A DNA stretch of 43,567 nucleotides from an uncultured Holophagaceae bacterium (GTDB lineage: Bacteria > Acidobacteriota > Holophagae > Holophagales > Holophagaceae). Where the stretch lies: assembly GCA_903890595.1 (NCBI GenBank), contig CAITBU010000053.1, forward strand, positions 1 through 43,567, in the 5' to 3' direction. The notes under the pieces were generated by a model. The model searched no databases, was not told the origin of the DNA, and saw only the letters and a program-made list of their open reading frames with translations. Both the position numbers and the translations under genes were made by a program. Positions 26,691 through 38,971 of the stretch are shown here, one piece after another (position 1 is the stretch's first letter; each line of letters starts with the position of its first letter).

Positions 26691-27376
26691 CAGAGTCCCC
26701 CGAAGCGCCGTTCACGTAGGGCAAAGTCCTCGAGAGCCTCCCTCAGCTCTGCGGGACCAAAATCAGGCCAGAGCAGGTCGGTCATGTAGAGCTCGGCATA
26801 GGCAGACTGCCAGAGGAGGAAGTTCGAGATGCGGTGCTCGCCACTGGTGCGGATCAGGAGGTCCACGTCCGGCACCCCGGCGGTCCAGAGGCGCGCACCC
26901 AGGGCGGCTTCGTCCACCTGCTCAGGGCGGAGGCCATCCTCCACGCAGCGCCGAGCGGCCACGGCCAGCTCCAGGCGGGAGCCGTAGTTCACGGCCAGAT
27001 GAAAGGTCATGCCGGTGTTGGCTGCGGTGGCGGCCTCGAGGGTGTGCATGTCCGCCTGGATGCCGGCGGGCATCCCGGAGAGATCGCCCAGGTGCTGAAA
27101 GCGAATGCCCTTGCGGGCCAGTTGGTGGACGAACATCCGGAGGTACATCCGCAGGAGCGCCATGAGGGCAGCCACTTCCTGGGGGGGGCGCTTCCAGTTC
27201 TCGGTGGAGAAGGCGTAGAGGCTCAGGTGCCGGACACCCTGGTCCGAGGCCGCCTCCAGGATCCGCTCCACGGCGACCACGCCCGCCTTGTGCCCCTTGA
27301 TCCGGGGCCACCCCCGCTGCGCAGCCCAACGGCCGTTGCCGTCCATTATTATGGCGACGTGGATTGGGATGCTCAT
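26690..27376 (-). CDS. uppS: Undecaprenyl/polyprenyl diphosphate synthase
   Basis: HVAIIMDGNGRWA, YAFSTENWKRP, LLIRTSGEHRISNFLLWQ, RERRFG. Confidence 0.96.
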   Translation of the reverse strand: MSIPIHVAIIMDGNGRWAAQRGWPRIKGHKAGVVAVERILEAASDQGVRHLSLYAFSTENWKRPPQEVAALMALLRMYLRMFVHQLARKGIRFQHLGDLSGMPAGIQADMHTLEAATAANTGMTFHLAVNYGSRLELAVAARRCVEDGLRPEQVDEAALGARLWTAGVPDVDLLIRTSGEHRISNFLLWQSAYAELYMTDLLWPDFGPAELREALEDFALRERRFGGL

Positions 27377-27504
27377 TGCAGCAGAAACCTCTATCTAGGA
27401 GAAAGGTCATGCTAACACGGGGCCTGCCGTAGAGATGGGTGAGGCGGGCCCCCTGTAGGGCCTGCCGTGATAGGCTCATAGCTAAGGAAAATTCGGCATA
27501 TCCA

Positions 27505-29871
27505 ATGGTCCAGTTCAACACCCGAGCCAACGAGATCCTACTCAAACTGGTCTATTACGGGCCGGGTCTCTCGGGCAAGACCACCAATCTGCAGTCCCTC
27601 CACGCCCGGTGCCGAGACACCCAGCGAGGAGAGATGTTCTCCGTCAACACCCAGGAGGACCGGACCCTCTTCTTTGATCTTCTGCCCATCAACCTGGGCT
27701 ACATCTACGGCAATGCCATCCACCTGCAGATCTACACCGTGCCGGGCCAGGTCCAGTACGACGCCAGTCGACGGGTGGTCCTGGGGGGGGCAGACGGGGT
27801 CGTGTTCGTGGCGGATTCCAGCGAGTCCAAGATGCAGGAAAACGTGGACTCGCTGTCGAACCTCTACCACAACCTGAATGCCAATCGCCTGAACATCAAG
27901 CAGATCCCCTTTGTCCTCCAGTACAACAAGCGGGACCTGGAAGACGCCATGGCTGTGGGGGTCATGAACCGCAGGCTCAACTTCCGGAGCGTTCCCTATT
28001 TCGAGTCCGTGGCCTGCCAGGGCATGGGGGTCCTGGAGACCTTCCTGGCGATCACCCGGGAGACCGTGGGGCACACGTTCCGCAAGTACCACCTGGACAA
28101 AAAAATCAAGGACTTCGACGAGATGCTGAACCTCATCGAGTCCAACGTGCGCACCAGCATGCAGGGACCTGCTTCAGAGGAAAATCCGGACGGTCCCCGG
28201 GCCGACACCACGGTCATCAGGCACAGCCACACCAGCACAGCCGACCTGCAGCCAGGCAAGCCCGTGGACCCCGAAGAGCTGCTGGAGGATGCTCTCAAGT
28301 CCAGCATGGAGACCGCCCGCCTCTACTCCGAGCTGAAGCAGGCCAAGGAGGCGCTGGAGCAGAAGAACCAGGAACTGAGCCTGCTGGCCGCGCAGCTGGA
28401 GCGGGCCAACCAGGACAACCTCAAGACGCGGCGTTACATGGAAGGCCTGGTCCAGAATATCGGCGAGGCCCTCATCAGCTACTCCGCCGATGGCAAGATC
28501 CTTACTTGGAATGTAGCCGCAGAGCGGATCTTCGGGTATTCCAGGCCGGAGATCGTGGGGCGGAACATGTCCCAGCTAACGCCGGACAACCTCCTGCGGG
28601 AGATGGATCAGGTGGCCCAGCAGCTGATGCGGGGGCAGGTCCTGCGGAGCGTCGCGACCACCCGTCTCCGCAAGGGGGGCGTCGCCTTTCCCGCCAGCAT
28701 TACCTATGCACCGGTGCGGGCCAATGATGACCGGATCCTGGCCTTCTCCGCCCTGGTGCGGGACCTGACCGAGCAGCGGGACCTGGAGGAACGCCTGGTG
28801 CGCTCCCAGAAGCAGGAGTCCCTGGGCCGCCTGGTCCCAGCCCTGTTCCACGAAGTCGCCAACCGACTGACCCCCGTGCTGCTCGAGTCGCGCCTGTTGT
28901 CAGACGCCCCGCTGGAACCCCGCCTGGCCGCCCAGCTCGTTCGGCTCACCGCAGCGGCCGAGGGGGTTCAGACCCTTCTTCGACCCCTCCAGACCGTGCT
29001 CAGCCCGCCCGTACCCCGGGGGGTTCCCACCCAGCTGAACCGGCTGGTGGAGGAGGCCGCCACGCTCGTTGGGCCCGGGGCCCAGCGCCTGGGGGTGTCC
29101 ATCGAGCTAAACCTCGAGCCTTCCCTCCCCGAAACCAGCCTCGACCCGGCCCTGATGGTGCAGGCCCTGGTCAACGTGATGCTCAATGGGGTCCAGGCCA
29201 TGGCCATGAGCGCCTCCAAGCGGCTGCGGGTCGGGACCCGGGTTGCAGAGGGCACCCTGCAGGTTGCCATCCAGGACACCGGCTTCCCGATGTCCGAAGC
29301 GGGCCAGAGGGGCCTCCTTGACCCCGATGCCGCCAGCTCGACCGACACCCTGGGGATGCCCATCGCCGACATCATCCTTCAGCAGCACGGCGGTCGCCTC
29401 ACCGTGCGCAGCCAGGAGGGCATGGGCAATGCCGTGCTGCTCGAGGTGCCCCTGGCAGTCTCAGCGCCCGCCCCGGCACCGCCCAGCCTGGTGGGCTACC
29501 GGGCCCTGGTGGTGGATGACGAACCCATCCTGCTGGAGTGCCTGACGGATGCCCTGGGCCTCTGGGGGATGGAGGTGGAGGCCTGCCCCGGCGCCAACGA
29601 AGCCATCGCCTGTCTGGGAGCCCGAGCGTTCGACCTCATTGTGTCGGATATCCGCATGCCGGGGCTGTCCGGGTTCGAGTTCTACGCCTGGCTGAAGGAG
29701 CAGCAACCGGCCATGGCAGGGCGCATCCTCTTCACCACCGGGGACGCCTTCGATGCGGACACCCGCAATTTCCTGGAGTCGAACCGCCTGCCCGTCCTGG
29801 GCAAGCCCTTTGACCTGAAGCAGCTTCGGGTGAGCCTGGAGCTCTTGCTGGGAACACCCGCGGGGATGTGA
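27505..29871 (+). CDS. Hybrid protein: MglA-like small GTPase + coiled coil + PAS + histidine-kinase-like + receiver domain
   Basis: KLVYYGPGLSGKTTNL, EDRTLFFDLLP, YTVPGQ, ADGVVFVADS, QYNKRDL; PAS WNVAAERIFGYS; FHEVANRL; receiver VVDDEP, SDIRMPG, GKPF. Confidence 0.9.
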   Translation: MVQFNTRANEILLKLVYYGPGLSGKTTNLQSLHARCRDTQRGEMFSVNTQEDRTLFFDLLPINLGYIYGNAIHLQIYTVPGQVQYDASRRVVLGGADGVVFVADSSESKMQENVDSLSNLYHNLNANRLNIKQIPFVLQYNKRDLEDAMAVGVMNRRLNFRSVPYFESVACQGMGVLETFLAITRETVGHTFRKYHLDKKIKDFDEMLNLIESNVRTSMQGPASEENPDGPRADTTVIRHSHTSTADLQPGKPVDPEELLEDALKSSMETARLYSELKQAKEALEQKNQELSLLAAQLERANQDNLKTRRYMEGLVQNIGEALISYSADGKILTWNVAAERIFGYSRPEIVGRNMSQLTPDNLLREMDQVAQQLMRGQVLRSVATTRLRKGGVAFPASITYAPVRANDDRILAFSALVRDLTEQRDLEERLVRSQKQESLGRLVPALFHEVANRLTPVLLESRLLSDAPLEPRLAAQLVRLTAAAEGVQTLLRPLQTVLSPPVPRGVPTQLNRLVEEAATLVGPGAQRLGVSIELNLEPSLPETSLDPALMVQALVNVMLNGVQAMAMSASKRLRVGTRVAEGTLQVAIQDTGFPMSEAGQRGLLDPDAASSTDTLGMPIADIILQQHGGRLTVRSQEGMGNAVLLEVPLAVSAPAPAPPSLVGYRALVVDDEPILLECLTDALGLWGMEVEACPGANEAIACLGARAFDLIVSDIRMPGLSGFEFYAWLKEQQPAMAGRILFTTGDAFDADTRNFLESNRLPVLGKPFDLKQLRVSLELLLGTPAGM

Positions 29872-29884
29872 CCGCCGAGGGGTG

Positions 29885-30604
29885 CTACTCCTCACCCTTC
29901 CGCTGCCGGCCCTCGGGATCGAACTGGTAGCCCACGCTCCGCAGGGTGTGCACCCAGCGCGGGTGGTGGGGATCGTCTTCCATGACCCGACGGATGCGCA
30001 CGATGAAGTTGTCCACGGTGCGGCTGGTGGGGTAGGCGTCCTCGCCCCAGACCTTGTCGAGGATGTCGGTCCGGCTCACCACCTGGCCCGGCCGCTCCAT
30101 GAGCAGCTTGAGGATCATGGACTCCTTGACCCCCAGCTGGAACGGGCCCGCCGGACCCTCCCCGCAGAAGTTGTCGAAGTCCACCCAGTAGGTGCCGAAG
30201 GTCTGGCGGCGGTTGGTGTCCCGGTTGCGATACCAGGACTCGCGGCGCAGGATGGCCCGGATTCGGAGGAGCAGCTCCTTCACCTGGAAGGGCTTGCCCA
30301 GGTAGTCGTCGCCGCCGGTCTCGAAGCCGTGGACCCGGTCATCGTCCGTGTTCTTGGCGGTGAGAAACAGGATCGGCGTGTGGTTCTTGGCCTCCCGCAC
30401 CTTCTGACAGACGGTGTAGCCGTCCATGCCCGGCAGCATGACGTCGAGGATCACCAGGTCGAAGGTCTCGGCCAGAATCTGCTTCAGGGCCAGGTCGCCA
30501 CGGGAGATCCAGGTGCAGCCCAGGCCCTCCAGCTCGAGGTTGAGCTTGATGCCCTCAGCCAGGCTGAGCTCATCTTCCACCAGCAGAATCTTGGGTTCGG
30601 ACAT
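29885..30604 (-). CDS. OmpR/PhoB-family response regulator
   Basis: LLVEDE, LDVMLPGMDG, FLTAK, GKPF, RTVDNFIVRIRR, TLRSVGY. Confidence 0.93.
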   Translation of the reverse strand: MSEPKILLVEDELSLAEGIKLNLELEGLGCTWISRGDLALKQILAETFDLVILDVMLPGMDGYTVCQKVREAKNHTPILFLTAKNTDDDRVHGFETGGDDYLGKPFQVKELLLRIRAILRRESWYRNRDTNRRQTFGTYWVDFDNFCGEGPAGPFQLGVKESMILKLLMERPGQVVSRTDILDKVWGEDAYPTSRTVDNFIVRIRRVMEDDPHHPRWVHTLRSVGYQFDPEGRQRKGEE

Positions 30605-30693
30605 GGGGGGCTCCGGGGACGGGATGGGTGCGGCAGCGCTCTGAACTGCCGCGACCTGCTCCGATCCTACTAGAATGGGGCCTCGGAGTACCC

Positions 30694-31656
30694 ATGGCCC
30701 CCCAATCCAGTCCTTTCCTCAGCATCGTGATCCCCATCTACAACGAGGAGGAGAATATCCCGACCCTCTGGGCCCGGCTGGACCGGGTGCTCGCGGAGCA
30801 CTTCGCCACCCCCGAGCGGAGCTGGGAGGTGATCTTCACGGATGATGGCAGCCGCGACCGCAGCCTCCAGCTGCTCATCGCCCTCGCGGCGAACGAGCCC
30901 CGGATCCAGGTGGTGGAGTTCAACCGGAACTACGGCCAGCACAGCGCCATCTTCGGGGCCTTCGCCGAGGTTCGGGGCCGGGTCATCGTGACCCTGGATG
31001 CGGACCTCCAGAACCCGCCCGAGGAGATCCCCAAGCTGGTGGCCAAGGTGGACGAGGGCTACGACGTGGTGGGCGGCTGGCGCCAGGGCCGCCAGGACAA
31101 CGACAGCTTCTTCCGCACCATGCCCAGCAAGATCGTCAACGCCGTCACCCGCAAGACCACCGGGGTGGTGCTGCACGACTACGGCTGCATGCTGCGGGCC
31201 TACAGCCGGGAGGTGGTGGATGCCATGCTCCTGTGCAAGGAGCGGTCCAGCTTCATCCCCGCCCTGGCCAACAGCTTCGCCAAGCGCATCACCGAGGTGC
31301 CGGTGGCCCACGCCGAGCGGTCCGCCGGGACCAGCAAGTACGGCGTCTGGAAGCTCATCAACCTCCAGTTCGACCTCCTCACCAGCTTCAGCCTCCTGCC
31401 CCTCCAGATGCTCAGCGTGTTCGGGGTGGTGACCGCTGTCTTCGGGTTCCTGCTCTTCCTGGGCCTGGTGATCTACCGCTTCCTGCACCCGGAAGGCACG
31501 GCCCAGGGCGTGTTCACCCTGTTCGCCATCCTGTTCTTCTTTGTGGGCTGCCAGTTCATCGCCTTCGGCCTGCTGGGGGAGTACATCGGCCGCATCTACC
31601 AGGAAGTCCGGGACCGGCCCCGCTACATGGTGAAAAAGGTCCATCGGGCCGAGTAG
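30694..31656 (+). CDS. GT2 polyprenyl-phosphate glycosyltransferase, ArnC/GtrB-like
   Basis: SIVIPIYNEE, DDGSRD, RNYGQH, DADLQNPPEEIP, HDYGCMLRAY, two C-terminal TM helices, GEYIGRIY; ATG 30694 after GGAG. Confidence 0.9.
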   Translation: MAPQSSPFLSIVIPIYNEEENIPTLWARLDRVLAEHFATPERSWEVIFTDDGSRDRSLQLLIALAANEPRIQVVEFNRNYGQHSAIFGAFAEVRGRVIVTLDADLQNPPEEIPKLVAKVDEGYDVVGGWRQGRQDNDSFFRTMPSKIVNAVTRKTTGVVLHDYGCMLRAYSREVVDAMLLCKERSSFIPALANSFAKRITEVPVAHAERSAGTSKYGVWKLINLQFDLLTSFSLLPLQMLSVFGVVTAVFGFLLFLGLVIYRFLHPEGTAQGVFTLFAILFFFVGCQFIAFGLLGEYIGRIYQEVRDRPRYMVKKVHRAE

Positions 31657-31737
31657 CACCCCAGAATCCCAGGTGCAAACAGGGCGGGATGCGGGAACCA
31701 TGGAGGAATCCAACCCGCAGTCCCAGAGGGGGAACCC

Positions 31738-32841
31738 ATGCCCAGCCCTGCCACCGTCCGAGCCTTCCTGCGCGCCGTCGCCACCCTGCTGCTCCTGAGT
31801 GTGCCGCTGGGGGCCGTGCCCCCGGGCTACCCGGCGGACTACCAGAAGCTCGTGGATGCGGGTCGCAAGGAGGGCAAGCTGGTGGTCTACGCCACCACGG
31901 ACAGCAAGTCCGCCGAGCCCATCGTCAAGGACTTCGAGGCCCTCTACCCGGGCATCAAGGTGGAGTACAACGACCTCAACAGTACCGAGCTGTACAACCG
32001 CTACATCAGCGAAGCAGCCGCCGGTGGGGGCACGGGCGATGTCACCTGGAGCTCCGCCATGGACCTGCAGGTGAAGCTGGTGATGGACGGCCATGCGGTG
32101 GCCTACAAGTCCCCGGAAGCGAAGAACATTCCCACCTGGGCCCTGTGGAAGGACATGGCCTGGGGCACCACCTATGAGCCCATCTCCATCCTGTACAACA
32201 AGCGCCTGCTCAAGGGCGAGGAGATCCCCCAGTCCCATGCGGACCTGCTCAGGGTGCTGGCCAACCCCCGCTTCAAGGGCAAGGTGGTCACCTACGACCC
32301 CGAGCGCAGCGGGGTGGGCTTCTCCTACCTGACCCAGGACCTGAAGAACAATCCCAAGGGCTTCTGGGACATGGCCGGTGCCCTGGGCAAGGCCGGCGTG
32401 AAGGTCTACACCAGCACCGGGGCCATGATGGAGAAGGTCAGCAGCGGGGAGGCCCTCCTGGGCTACAACATCATCGGGTCCTATGCCTTCCTCAAGGCCA
32501 AGAAGGACCCCTCCATCGGCTACCTCTATCCCTCGGACTACACGGTGGTGATGTCCCGGGTGATGTTCATCTCCCGCCACGCCAAGAATCCCAACGCTGC
32601 CAAGCTCTGGGCGGACTACATCCTCTCGGCGCGGGGCCAGCAGATCATCTCGGACAAGGCCGACCTGTTCTCCATTCGCGCCGACATCAAGGGGGAGACC
32701 ACCCTGGCCAACCTCACCAAGGTGCTTGGCTCAGGGGCCCGGCCCATCCCCATCGGGCAGGACACCGTGGAGTTCCTGGACCAGAAGAAGCGCCTCGACT
32801 TCCTGAAGAAGTGGCAGCAGGCCCTCGGCACCGTCAAGTAG
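31738..32841 (+). CDS. ABC transporter substrate-binding protein (Fe3+/FbpA-like class; substrate uncertain)
   Basis: Signal peptide, KEGKLVVY, YPGIKVEY, NPNAAKLWADYILS; first gene of SBP-permease-ATPase triad. Confidence 0.87.
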   Translation: MPSPATVRAFLRAVATLLLLSVPLGAVPPGYPADYQKLVDAGRKEGKLVVYATTDSKSAEPIVKDFEALYPGIKVEYNDLNSTELYNRYISEAAAGGGTGDVTWSSAMDLQVKLVMDGHAVAYKSPEAKNIPTWALWKDMAWGTTYEPISILYNKRLLKGEEIPQSHADLLRVLANPRFKGKVVTYDPERSGVGFSYLTQDLKNNPKGFWDMAGALGKAGVKVYTSTGAMMEKVSSGEALLGYNIIGSYAFLKAKKDPSIGYLYPSDYTVVMSRVMFISRHAKNPNAAKLWADYILSARGQQIISDKADLFSIRADIKGETTLANLTKVLGSGARPIPIGQDTVEFLDQKKRLDFLKKWQQALGTVK

Positions 32842-32844
32842 CCC

Positions 32845-34518
32845 ATGCGGAAGATGTCCCCGGCCCGGATCGCCGTGATCCTCCTCACGGCGGTGGTGGT
32901 CTTCCTGCCCATCGGCCTGCTCCTCTGGCAGAGCTTCCTGGACGCACCGTTCTTTCAGCTCCAGAAGCACTTCGGTCTGGATGCCTACCGCTTCATCTTC
33001 GAGGACCCAGACTTCAAGCGGTCCTTCCTGAACAGCCTCTACATCTCCTGCGGCATGGGCCTGATCTCGGTGCCCCTGGGCGGCCTCCTGGCCTTCCTGA
33101 TGGTGCGCACGGACCTGCCGGGCCGGGCCTGGATTGAGCCCCTGCTGCTGATCCCGGTCTTCGTGTCGCCCATGATCCTCTGCTTTGGCTACACCGTGGC
33201 CGTGGGCCCCGTGGGCTTCGTGTCCCTGTGGGTTGAGAAGCTCGTGGGCAGCGTGCCCTGGAACCTCTACTCCATGGCCAGCATCGTCCTCATCGCCGGC
33301 CTGTCCCACGTGCCCCATGTGTACCTCTACACAGCCTCGGCCCTGCGGAGCCTCAGCTCCGACGTGGAGGAGGCGGCCCGGGTGGCGGGGGCAGGCCCCC
33401 TCAAGGTCGCCGCCACCATCAGCCTGCCCATGGTCATGCCGGCCCTGCTCTACAGCGGGGTACTGGTGTTCTTCCTGGGCTTTCAGGTCTTCGGTCTGGC
33501 CCTGGTGCTGGGCGATCCCGAAGGCCACCTGGTGTTGGCGACCTACCTCTACAAGCTCACCAACAAGCTGGGCGTGCCCTCCTATCACCTGATGGCGGCG
33601 GTGGCCATGTGCATCGTCGGCATCACTGTGCCCATGGTGCTTTCCCAGCGCTTCCTGCTACGAAACGCCCACAAGTACATCACCCTCAAAGGCAAGGGCT
33701 CCCGCCAGCGGCCCCTGCCCCTGGGGGGATGGCGCTGGGTGGCGGCGGTGGTGGTGCTGGCCTGGCTGGTCCTGACGGTGGTCATCCCGGTCTCGGGCGT
33801 GATCTTCCGGGCCTTCGTCACCAACTGGGGCGAGGGCGTCATCTTCCGCGAGGCCTTCACCCTGGAGAACTTCAAGGCGGTCTTCGAGCAGACGAACCTC
33901 ATGCGGGGCGTGGTCAACACCGTGCTGCTGGGGGTCATCGGCGGCGGTCTCTCGGTGCTGTGCTTCGCCTTCATCGGCCTCTCTTCACACCGGAAGAACA
34001 ATGGCTGGACCCGGCTCCTGGACTACACCGTCATGACCCCCCGGGCCATCCCGGGCCTCCTGGCGGGCCTGGCCTTCCTGTGGGTCTTCCTCTTCTTTCC
34101 GCCGCTGGTCCCCTTCCGCAAGACCCTGCTGAGTCTCTGGCTGGCCTACACCGTGGTGTGGCTGGCCTATGGCATGCGCCTCATCAGCACCTCGCTGCTC
34201 CAGGTGGGGCCAGAGCTGGAGGAGTCCGCCCGGGTCACCGGCGCCAGCCCCGGGCAGGTGAACCGCCACATCACCGTGCCCCTGATCCGCTACGGCCTGC
34301 TGGCCAGCTGGCTGATGATCTTCATGATCTTCGAGCGGGAGTACTCCACCGGTGTCTACCTGTTGGGTCCCGGCACCGAGGTCATCGGCTCGCTGATGGT
34401 GTCCCTCTGGGGCGCGGGCGCCATCGACATCATCTCGGCCCTCTCCTTCATCAACATCCTGCTGGTCAGTGCGGGGATGGGGATCGCCCTGCGCTATGGA
34501 GTGAAGCTGCATGACTGA
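32845..34518 (+). CDS. ABC transporter permease (duplicated, FbpB-like)
   Basis: Two EAA-type loops (VEEAARVAGA, LEESARVTGA), many TM helices. Confidence 0.9.
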   Translation: MRKMSPARIAVILLTAVVVFLPIGLLLWQSFLDAPFFQLQKHFGLDAYRFIFEDPDFKRSFLNSLYISCGMGLISVPLGGLLAFLMVRTDLPGRAWIEPLLLIPVFVSPMILCFGYTVAVGPVGFVSLWVEKLVGSVPWNLYSMASIVLIAGLSHVPHVYLYTASALRSLSSDVEEAARVAGAGPLKVAATISLPMVMPALLYSGVLVFFLGFQVFGLALVLGDPEGHLVLATYLYKLTNKLGVPSYHLMAAVAMCIVGITVPMVLSQRFLLRNAHKYITLKGKGSRQRPLPLGGWRWVAAVVVLAWLVLTVVIPVSGVIFRAFVTNWGEGVIFREAFTLENFKAVFEQTNLMRGVVNTVLLGVIGGGLSVLCFAFIGLSSHRKNNGWTRLLDYTVMTPRAIPGLLAGLAFLWVFLFFPPLVPFRKTLLSLWLAYTVVWLAYGMRLISTSLLQVGPELEESARVTGASPGQVNRHITVPLIRYGLLASWLMIFMIFEREYSTGVYLLGPGTEVIGSLMVSLWGAGAIDIISALSFINILLVSAGMGIALRYGVKLHD

Positions 34519-35572
34519 CATCGAACTGAGCGTCCAAGACCTTCATGTCACCCTCGGCCAGAACCCCATCCTCAAGGGCGTCAGCCTCGAGGTGAAGCGG
34601 GGCGAGATTGTGGCCCTGCTGGGCCCCTCGGGCAGCGGCAAGACCACCCTGCTGCGGGCCATCGCTGGCCTGGAGCTGCCGGCCCAGGGGGCCATCCGCA
34701 TCGGCGAGCAGACGGTGTTCGACCAGGCGGCCGGGGTGGATGTGCCCGCGGAGAAGCGCAGCCTCGGCTTCGTCTTCCAGTCCTACGCCCTATGGCCCCA
34801 CCGCACGGTCTTCCAGAACGTGGCCTACGGCCTGAAGCTGCGGAAGGTGCCGGCGGACGAGATCCGGACCCGGGTGGCCGAGGTGCTGCGGGACCTGGGT
34901 CTGGGCGACCTGGGCCAGCGCCACCCCCACCAGCTCTCCGGTGGCCAGCAGCAGCGGGTGGCCCTGGCCCGGTCCCTGGTCTACAAGCCCCGGGTGATCC
35001 TGCTGGATGAGCCCCTCTCCAACCTGGACGCCAAGCTCCGGGAGGAGGCCCGCATCTGGCTGCGGCAGCTGATCATCGACCTCGACCTGTCGGCGGTGTG
35101 CGTCACCCACGACCAGGCCGAGGCCATGGCCATGGCCGATCAGGTGGTGCTGCTGCGGGAAGGCCTCATTGAGCAGGCGGGCACGCCCCAACAGCTCTAC
35201 GGGGAACCCGACAGCCTCTTTGTGGCCGAGTTCATGGGGGCCAACAATGCCCTGGCCGGGCGCGTCGCCAGCGTCAGTGGCACCCAGGCCCAGCTCGAGG
35301 GGGAGGGCTGGTCCCTCCAGGGCCGTCTGCGCACGCCACGGGGGGCCGGTGAGGCCGCCACCGGCGTCATCCGCCTGGAGAAGATCCGCCTGGTGGACGC
35401 CCCGGGACCGAACGTCCTGCGCATCCCCCTCCGGGCCTCGGTCTACCTGGGCCATGCCTGGGAGTACCTCTTCGACCTGGGGGGCACCACCCTGCGGGGC
35501 TATGGATCCGAGGCCCTGCCCCCCGGGGAGCGCCTCGTGGAGATCCCCGCCGAGCACCTCTGGCTGTTCTGA
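34511..35572 (+). CDS. ABC transporter ATP-binding protein (FbpC/PotA-like, TOBE)
   Basis: [40 protein letters not shown]. Confidence 0.93.
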   Translation: MTDIELSVQDLHVTLGQNPILKGVSLEVKRGEIVALLGPSGSGKTTLLRAIAGLELPAQGAIRIGEQTVFDQAAGVDVPAEKRSLGFVFQSYALWPHRTVFQNVAYGLKLRKVPADEIRTRVAEVLRDLGLGDLGQRHPHQLSGGQQQRVALARSLVYKPRVILLDEPLSNLDAKLREEARIWLRQLIIDLDLSAVCVTHDQAEAMAMADQVVLLREGLIEQAGTPQQLYGEPDSLFVAEFMGANNALAGRVASVSGTQAQLEGEGWSLQGRLRTPRGAGEAATGVIRLEKIRLVDAPGPNVLRIPLRASVYLGHAWEYLFDLGGTTLRGYGSEALPPGERLVEIPAEHLWLF

Positions 35573-35580
35573 CGGTTGCC

Positions 35581-35769
35581 TCAGCTGCCCTCGACCTCGC
35601 CGCTCCAGCCTTCGCCAGCCTCTTCCTGGGGTTTCTCTGGGATGCGGTAGCTCTCGCTGGACCAGGCGCCGAGGTCCTGGGTGCGGCAGCGCTCGGAGCA
35701 GAAGGGCTTGAAGGCGTTCCCTTCCCAAGAGGTGGGGATGCGGCAGGAGGGGCAGGGACGGAGGACCAT
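35581..35769 (-). CDS. yacG: DNA gyrase inhibitor YacG
   Basis: CPSC...PFCSERCRTQDLGAW..ESYRIP zinc-finger signature; start 35769 or 35781. Confidence 0.9.
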   Translation of the reverse strand: MVLRPCPSCRIPTSWEGNAFKPFCSERCRTQDLGAWSSESYRIPEKPQEEAGEGWSGEVEGS

Positions 35770-35841
35770 GGCAATCAGCATATCCGTTCAGGCCTAGATA
35801 CAGATCAAGAAGAAAATATGAGTGAATTTCAGAAGATGTAC

Positions 35842-35869
35842 TTGACGAGCCGGTTCCTTCCTCTATACT
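35842..35869 (+). promoter_or_regulatory. Sigma70-type promoter of dnaK
   Basis: TTGACG - 16 nt - TATACT, followed by AGGAGG RBS and ATG 35892. Confidence 0.65.
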
Positions 35870-35891
35870 CACTGAGAACAGGAGGAATCCC

Positions 35892-37784
<1,893 letters not shown>

Positions 37785-37828
37785 TTTCCTCCGGGGGTTC
37801 CACGCTGCGCGAACACCCCCGGACCCCC

Positions 37829-37864
37829 AAGAAGGGGCGCGGCCAAGCCGCGCCCCTTCTTTTT
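37829..37864 (+). terminator. Intrinsic terminator after dnaK
   Basis: AAGAAGGGGCGCGGC-CAA-GCCGCGCCCCTTCTT followed by TTT. Confidence 0.85.
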
Positions 37865-37880
37865 CCCCGGGCATAAGAAA

Positions 37881-37901
37881 TCTGAGTGCTTTACACTAAA
37901 C
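37881..37901. promoter_or_regulatory. HAIR-like (HspR) operator just upstream of dnaJ
   Basis: TCTGAGT-N7-ACTAAAC versus HAIR consensus CTTGAGT-N7-ACTCAAG; hspR lies directly after dnaJ. Confidence 0.55.
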
Positions 37902-37903
37902 CC

Positions 37904-38971
37904 ATGGCTCATCCTGACTACTACAAGATCCTGGGGGTGGCTCGTGGCGCCTCGGATGAGGACATCAAGAAGGCCTACCGCAAGCTGGCCCGGAAGCACC
38001 ACCCGGACCTGAATCCCGGCGATGCCAAGGCTGAGGCCGAGTTCAAGAAGCTGTCCGAAGCCAACGATGTGCTGGCGGACGCCGAGAAGCGGCGCAACTA
38101 CGACAGCTATGGGGATCCAGCGGGTCCCGGTGCCCAGGCCCCTCCGGGGTTCCCCCAGGAGGGCAACTTCTCCTTCGAGGACTTGTTCTCTGGGATTGGC
38201 GGCCGCTCCTCCCGGCACGGGCCCGAGCGGGGCGAGGACCTGGTCCACAGCGTGCGCCTGGGCTTCCGCGAGGCCTATGAGGGCACGCGCCTGAACCTGC
38301 GGGTCAACCGGTCCGAGCCCTGTCTCTCCTGCCGAGGCACCGGTGAGGTGGGCCGGCGGGCCGAGACCTGCCGGGGCTGCCAGGGCAAGGGCCGGGTGGG
38401 CGGCGGCAGCGGCTTCCTCTCCTTTGGCCGGGTCTGCCCGGACTGCGGGGGCAAGGGGTCCCGGACCCCGCCCTGTCCCGACTGCAAGGGGGCCGGCCGC
38501 CACGCCCGCCAGGACTCGGTGGCCATCAATATTCCGGCGGGGGTGGATGATGGTGCCCGCTTGAAGGTGGCTGGCAAGGGTGAGGCGGGCCGGCGCGGCG
38601 GGGGTCCCGGCGACCTCTTCCTCCAGATCAGCATGGAGCCGGACAAGCGCTTCACCCGGATGGGCGCCAACCTCAACGTGACCATCTCCATCAGCTTCAG
38701 CGAGGCTGCCCTGGGCGCCAAGGTGCCGGTGCCCACCCCCGAGGGGGAGCGCACGATCAAGGTCCCGCCGGGCACCCAGTCGGGCGCCAAGCACCGCCTC
38801 AAGGGCGAGGGCATGCCCATCCCCAAGACTGGCGGCCAGCGCGGTGATGTCATCGTCGAGTTCAAGGTGGTGACCCCTCAGTTGCACGACGAGAAGAGCA
38901 AGGCCCTGATGCGGGAATTGGGCGAACTGAACGATGAGGAATGGCACAAGCAGCGGGGTTCGCATGGCTAA
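37904..38971 (+). CDS. dnaJ: Chaperone DnaJ (class A, four CxxCxGxG repeats)
   Basis: [53 protein letters not shown]. Confidence 0.95.
   Translation: MAHPDYYKILGVARGASDEDIKKAYRKLARKHHPDLNPGDAKAEAEFKKLSEANDVLADAEKRRNYDSYGDPAGPGAQAPPGFPQEGNFSFEDLFSGIGGRSSRHGPERGEDLVHSVRLGFREAYEGTRLNLRVNRSEPCLSCRGTGEVGRRAETCRGCQGKGRVGGGSGFLSFGRVCPDCGGKGSRTPPCPDCKGAGRHARQDSVAINIPAGVDDGARLKVAGKGEAGRRGGGPGDLFLQISMEPDKRFTRMGANLNVTISISFSEAALGAKVPVPTPEGERTIKVPPGTQSGAKHRLKGEGMPIPKTGGQRGDVIVEFKVVTPQLHDEKSKALMRELGELNDEEWHKQRGSHG

Noticed and set aside
30694-31656. arn lipid A modification operon
   Set aside because: Only the ArnC-like GT2 gene is here; no arnB, arnA, arnD or arnT, so no symbol assigned
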